Assembly: GCA_028687915.1 (NCBI GenBank)
Contig: JAQTZF010000001.1
Location: forward strand, 216,229-280,228
Direction of reading: 5' to 3'
Length of the DNA stretch: 64,000 nt
Source: Candidatus Daviesbacteria bacterium
GTDB lineage: Bacteria > Patescibacteriota > Microgenomatia > Daviesbacterales > UBA10151
Shown: one piece after another, positions 60,164 through 64,000 of the stretch
Position numbering within the stretch: the first letter of the stretch is position 1
Layout of the letters: each line of letters begins with the position of its first letter
Position numbers and translations under genes: made by a program
Notes under the pieces: generated by a model
The model's database searches: none
What the model was told of the DNA's origin: nothing
The model's input: the letters and a program-made list of their open reading frames with translations, nothing else

Positions 60164-60595
60164 ATGAAAGAAATACAAAAAAGAAGAGAAGAAACACAAA
60201 ATAGGCCTGTTCTTTTATTAATTGATGATAGCCCAGATTTTAGATCCTTGTGTAAGGAAATTTTTAACTTTAATAATTATGATGTTATTACAGCAGCAGA
60301 TGGTTTTGATGGAATTGAGTATGCAGTAAGGTGTCAAAAAATTAGAGGGATTTTATTGGATATAATGATGCCTGGTCTTAGTGGCTGGGAGGTAGCAAAT
60401 ATCTTAGCTGATATTTCAGAAACCAAGCACATTCCAATACTTTTAATTACAGGTGTGCGTACTAATAATTTAGCAGAACGGATTACAACAGAACATAGGA
60501 ATGTAGATTATTTACATAAGCCGTTTGGAGTAGAAGATTTGCTTTCTAAAGTAGATAATCTTATAAACCTACCATCTCCAAAATCCACTCAATAA
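60164..60595 (+). CDS. Single-domain response regulator (CheY-like)
   Basis: LLIDDSP, ILLDIMMPGLSG, IPILLITG, YLHKPF. Confidence 0.93.
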   Translation: MKEIQKRREETQNRPVLLLIDDSPDFRSLCKEIFNFNNYDVITAADGFDGIEYAVRCQKIRGILLDIMMPGLSGWEVANILADISETKHIPILLITGVRTNNLAERITTEHRNVDYLHKPFGVEDLLSKVDNLINLPSPKSTQ

Positions 60596-60636
60596 TTAGT
60601 TGCTGACTAAACAAGATTTATGATATTGTTAAGTTA

Positions 60637-60900
60637 ATGAGTAAAGGTAATGTTATTACTGGTATGATATTTTTAGTACTGGGTGTAGTAGTCACTTATG
60701 TGGCTAGTTTAATTGAAATTTTAATAAGTGGAAAAGTATTATCTGGTGCTTCGGGGTTTCCATTTAGGTATGGTTATTCATCCTTTTTTGGAGGAATTTT
60801 TATTGCAGATTCAGCAAGCTCTGTACTTAACCCTTATTTTAAAGGAGTACCTAATCATTTAGTACAAGGTATAATTAAAAACTTTTCTTCAAATAAATAG
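60637..60900 (+). CDS. Small hypothetical membrane protein
   Basis: N-terminal TM, GFPFRY motif; -10-like element 7 nt upstream. Confidence 0.5.
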   Translation: MSKGNVITGMIFLVLGVVVTYVASLIEILISGKVLSGASGFPFRYGYSSFFGGIFIADSASSVLNPYFKGVPNHLVQGIIKNFSSNK

Positions 60901-61434
60901 TTAAGTTTTAATAGAATCTATTTTTTTAATAATTAAATTAATAAATTCTATCTTTCTTTTATAGTATTCTCTGACGCTTATACCATTACCATTTTCTTTA
61001 AGCTTTCTATATTCATCTAATTTTTTTGAGTTAACTCTTAAATAATTTTCAAATTTAATACCATTAATCCAGCCATTATGTTTTTTGTTTATTAAGAAAA
61101 TATCTATATGTTTTCCATCTTCCTCAGTTACAAATCTTACTCTCTCAAGTGGATATAAACTTCTGGGTTGTCCAAAGATATTACTTAAAGGTTTAATTAA
61201 GGAGTTAAATTTAGCAGGGGAGATGGGAATATAAATATCAATTTCATTCTGACCTGATATCCCTAAACTAGTTGCTCCTCGATGCTCGACAGGAATATCT
61301 TTTCCTAATATGTCTTGAATTTTTTGTTTAATTTTTTGATATTTTTGTTCTGCAGTTGGATCAAAAGGAACAATTGTTATTGTATCTTTATTGGAAAGAT
61401 GTGCAATCCATTTTTTCTGATCTTGAGTAAGCAT
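60901..61434 (-). CDS. GrpB-family nucleotidyltransferase-fold protein
   Basis: ITIVPFDP, VEHRGATSLGISGQNEIDI, FENYLR..EYRKLK, YYKRKIEFI. Confidence 0.85.
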   Translation of the reverse strand: MLTQDQKKWIAHLSNKDTITIVPFDPTAEQKYQKIKQKIQDILGKDIPVEHRGATSLGISGQNEIDIYIPISPAKFNSLIKPLSNIFGQPRSLYPLERVRFVTEEDGKHIDIFLINKKHNGWINGIKFENYLRVNSKKLDEYRKLKENGNGISVREYYKRKIEFINLIIKKIDSIKT

Positions 61435-61437
61435 AAG

Positions 61438-62424
61438 TTAAAACCATTTTGAATAAAGTTCAATATTCTTGTCAAGATTATTAATGATAGCCAACACCTT
61501 GGAAACCTCTATAATTGCTACCTTTTGCTCATCTTCTGGGAATCTGTTTTCTTGAATTGAACGGCGCATATTGTATGCAAGCCACTCTAACCAATTACCA
61601 GCAATTGCTTCTAAAACTATTTTTGGATCTTCGGTAAAATTTCCACCTGTAGATTTATATCCTTTTAAGAAGTTTTCTACCATTGATTTATCAATTTTTT
61701 CCTCATGTAAACCACTCCAATCCAGTGCTGTTCCGATAAGATCAACACCAGAATTAATTGGTCCTGCTGATTCCCAATCAATAACTATTAGAGATCCGTC
61801 TTCTCGCCATAATATATTTTTCTTATCCATATCTTTATGACTAATTATCCGGCGTTGATTTAAATCTCTCATAATATCTGGATGTGATGTTGCTAAGTCA
61901 ACTAGTTTATCTTTCATATCGTCGCTGATTTTTGACCAGACTAGATGATTCTTTTCAGCTTGGGTAATTAATCCACTCCAGTTAATAGACGAGGTTTCTT
62001 CGTAAGCTGGTACTTCTTTAGTTTCGTCAGTTAGTTTTAAAGAATGAATTTTTCCTAGTATTTCTCCAACTCGAAAAATTTGATTAGGGGTTGGTTCACC
62101 GACCAATATCTTTCCTTCAACCCAAGGAAAGACCATAAAAGTTCCCTGTTCGTTTTCAAAAAGCGGGCTGTTGTTTACCACTAATGCTGGTACAGATGGA
62201 ATTCCTCTGTCTTTCATTATTTGAGCAACTTTTTCTGAATCTAAATAATCTTGTCGTGCTTTTGGACGTGAAATAACTTCCGGGTTTAATTGTTTGATTG
62301 CAAAAATACCAGAACCAGCCTGTACTTTCCACATTTTATGCATCAGACCGCCAGTAACTTGTGTTACCTCTGGTTTTACCTTACCTAAATCAAAATATTG
62401 GCTGATTTCTGTAATAGATTCCAT
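61438..62424 (-). CDS. Aminoglycoside phosphotransferase/choline kinase family protein
   Basis: GGLMHKMWKV, FAIKQL, HKDMDKKNILW, VIDWE. Confidence 0.9.
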   Translation of the reverse strand: MESITEISQYFDLGKVKPEVTQVTGGLMHKMWKVQAGSGIFAIKQLNPEVISRPKARQDYLDSEKVAQIMKDRGIPSVPALVVNNSPLFENEQGTFMVFPWVEGKILVGEPTPNQIFRVGEILGKIHSLKLTDETKEVPAYEETSSINWSGLITQAEKNHLVWSKISDDMKDKLVDLATSHPDIMRDLNQRRIISHKDMDKKNILWREDGSLIVIDWESAGPINSGVDLIGTALDWSGLHEEKIDKSMVENFLKGYKSTGGNFTEDPKIVLEAIAGNWLEWLAYNMRRSIQENRFPEDEQKVAIIEVSKVLAIINNLDKNIELYSKWF

Positions 62425-62461
62425 TTGTAGAGTATATCAGAGAAGGCATTTTAAGAAAAAC

Positions 62462-63877
62462 TTAATTTAAAGCTGCAACATTAACACCTGTGCTAAAATC
62501 TGCTTCTTTGAATTTATGTAAAATTTCATTAATTTGCTTTTTTAAATTATCATATTGAGCTTGGGTTTTTCCTTCAAATTTTACTGTAATATAAGGACCA
62601 TTTTGTGAAGCCCTGATAATCAACATCTCTTCCCTAGTATCCATTCTGACTCCATCAATTTCAACATAATCAGCTTTCGGATATAATTTTTTGATTTCAT
62701 CTCCTATTTTTTTACTAACAAAATCAAATTTTATATTATCCGGACAGCCTATTTTTATTTCTGGGCTGGAGAAATAATGGGGTAGTTCTGAAACAACTTG
62801 TTTTAAGGATTTATTAACGCGTGTTAGATAAGCTAGTAATCTAAGTGAGGCGATTGCACCATCATCATGTCCGTAGAAATTATCAACGAAATATATATGT
62901 CCGGAAAGTTCTCCTCCAAAAGGAGCTTGTTCTTCTGCAACTTTGGCCTTAATAAAAGAATGACCTGTTTTCCAAATAATCGGTAATCCGCCTGCTTCTG
63001 TCACCACATCGCTGACTTGTTTTGAACAAAGTGTGTTAAAAATAATTTTGGCTCCAGGTAAAAAATCTAAAATATCTTTGGCAAAAATAGAAACTAAAAC
63101 ATCATTCCAGATAGTAGCACCATCCTCATCAACCACACCTAATCTATCACCATCAGCGTCATAGCAAAATCCTAAATCTGCTTTTTCTTTTACAACTCTT
63201 TCACCAAGTCTGGCAAGAACTTCTTTTTCAGTAGGATCCGGAGTTCCCACTGGAAAATTACCATCCGGTTTGGTATTTTGCTCAATAACTTTACAACCAG
63301 CTTTACGTAAAATATCAGGAAGATAGACTCCTGTTGTAGCAGCACAGGAATCCACAACGACTTTAAATTTCCTAATTTTATCTATCCTTCGGAAAAGATC
63401 TTCAATATAATCTTTCTTAATATTTTTAGAAATATGCTTTCCTTCTACTCCTCTTGATACAAATTTTCCTGACTGCACTAATTTACGAAACTCTTGAATG
63501 TCATCCGTTAACATAGTTTCAGAGTAACCTGTTCCAAATTTAAAACCATTATATTCTTTGGGATTGTGTGAAGCAGTGACCATTACCATGCCTCTGGTTC
63601 TAAAATAATACTGGGCAAAATAACAAATCTGGGAAAGAGTCATGCCAATATTAAAAACTGTTATACCTGATTCTGTTAAGCCTTTAATTAAAGCTTTGGT
63701 GTAGGAAGGGCTGGATAATCTACAATCGTAACCAACTACACAGTCATATATTCTTCTTTGTAGTAACCATGTGGCATAACCTTTACCGAGTGCTTCAACT
63801 CTTTCCTCATCTAAGTCTTCATCAACAACGCCTCTTAAGTCATAACCTCGGAAAATGTGGTCTGGTATTGCTTTCAT
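62462..63877 (-). CDS. Phosphomannomutase/phosphoglucomutase
   Basis: FRGYDLRG, TASHNP, DADGDRL, GELSGH. Confidence 0.96.
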   Translation of the reverse strand: MKAIPDHIFRGYDLRGVVDEDLDEERVEALGKGYATWLLQRRIYDCVVGYDCRLSSPSYTKALIKGLTESGITVFNIGMTLSQICYFAQYYFRTRGMVMVTASHNPKEYNGFKFGTGYSETMLTDDIQEFRKLVQSGKFVSRGVEGKHISKNIKKDYIEDLFRRIDKIRKFKVVVDSCAATTGVYLPDILRKAGCKVIEQNTKPDGNFPVGTPDPTEKEVLARLGERVVKEKADLGFCYDADGDRLGVVDEDGATIWNDVLVSIFAKDILDFLPGAKIIFNTLCSKQVSDVVTEAGGLPIIWKTGHSFIKAKVAEEQAPFGGELSGHIYFVDNFYGHDDGAIASLRLLAYLTRVNKSLKQVVSELPHYFSSPEIKIGCPDNIKFDFVSKKIGDEIKKLYPKADYVEIDGVRMDTREEMLIIRASQNGPYITVKFEGKTQAQYDNLKKQINEILHKFKEADFSTGVNVAALN

Positions 63878-63888
63878 GCTCGTATTGA

Positions 63889-63999
63889 TTATTCTATCAT
63901 GTCTGCCAAGGTCTTTGGAAGATTGTTAGTTGAGTATATACCCTGGCGTAAGATTTCTATTCCTTCTTCACTAATTTTTATTAAAGTTGAAGGGTTTGA
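63889..63999 (-). CDS. C-terminus of probable TsaC/Sua5 (YrdC) threonylcarbamoyl-AMP synthase (partial)
   Basis: Manual translation SNPSTLIKISEEGIEILRQGIYS..; PST..ILRQG is the YrdC C-terminal motif. Confidence 0.6.
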   Translation of the reverse strand, partial: SNPSTLIKISEEGIEILRQGIYSTNNLPKTLADMIE

Positions 64000-64000
64000 T

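Noticed and set aside
1102-61840. Numerous 60-150 aa ORFs overlapping core genes (e.g. 17099-17530, 28370-28834, 49438-49845)
   Set aside because: Antisense or alternate-frame shadows of well-identified genes with no motifs
61438-62424. Aminoglycoside resistance gene
   Set aside because: Only the general APH/choline-kinase fold is supported; substrate cannot be inferred
1-64000. Alternative genetic code 25 (TGA=Gly) as in Gracilibacteria/Absconditabacteria
   Set aside because: Core genes are full length in code 11, and TGA ends infB, rpsO, lemA and rpoA at the expected positions
1-64000. CRISPR array, tRNA, rRNA, tmRNA, transposase
   Set aside because: No regularly spaced repeats, cloverleaf or rRNA-like sequence, or transposase motif found by eye; intergenic gaps are short

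Overview
AT-rich bacterial chromosome segment, genetic code 11 (TGA is the stop of infB, rpsO, lemA and rpoA). It is most likely Patescibacteria/CPR of Microgenomates type. This is an inference from the missing rpmD between rpsE and rplO, the short IF2, the AlaRS without a C-Ala domain, rpoC abutting rpsL, and a stand-alone baseplate-J-like gene. The backbone is housekeeping: nusA-infB, rpsO-pnp-lon-like-rnj-ftsK-rodZ, alaS, yqgF-mltG, rpoBC, the str/S10/spc/alpha clusters and rplM-rpsI. Main points of interest: (1) a ~7 kb island splitting rpsG from fusA. It encodes six surface proteins with a pilin-like KG|F leader lacking Glu5, built from conserved DNA boxes around interchangeable domains (PsbP-like, LRR, catalytically dead signal-peptidase-like, small Cys module), plus a LemA-TPM pair; a seventh paralog lies at 15.4 kb. 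(2) A 25-nt element with compensatory base changes inserted in frame into two unrelated genes. (3) A 74-aa Gre factor reduced to its catalytic coiled coil and coupled to fusA. (4) A Lon ATPase with no protease domain. (5) Candidate structured leaders before infB, rpsO, pnp, rpoB and rplC. (6) Many apparently leaderless promoters. No tRNA, rRNA, CRISPR array, transposase or integrase was seen. All family assignments come from motif recognition by eye, not database searches.
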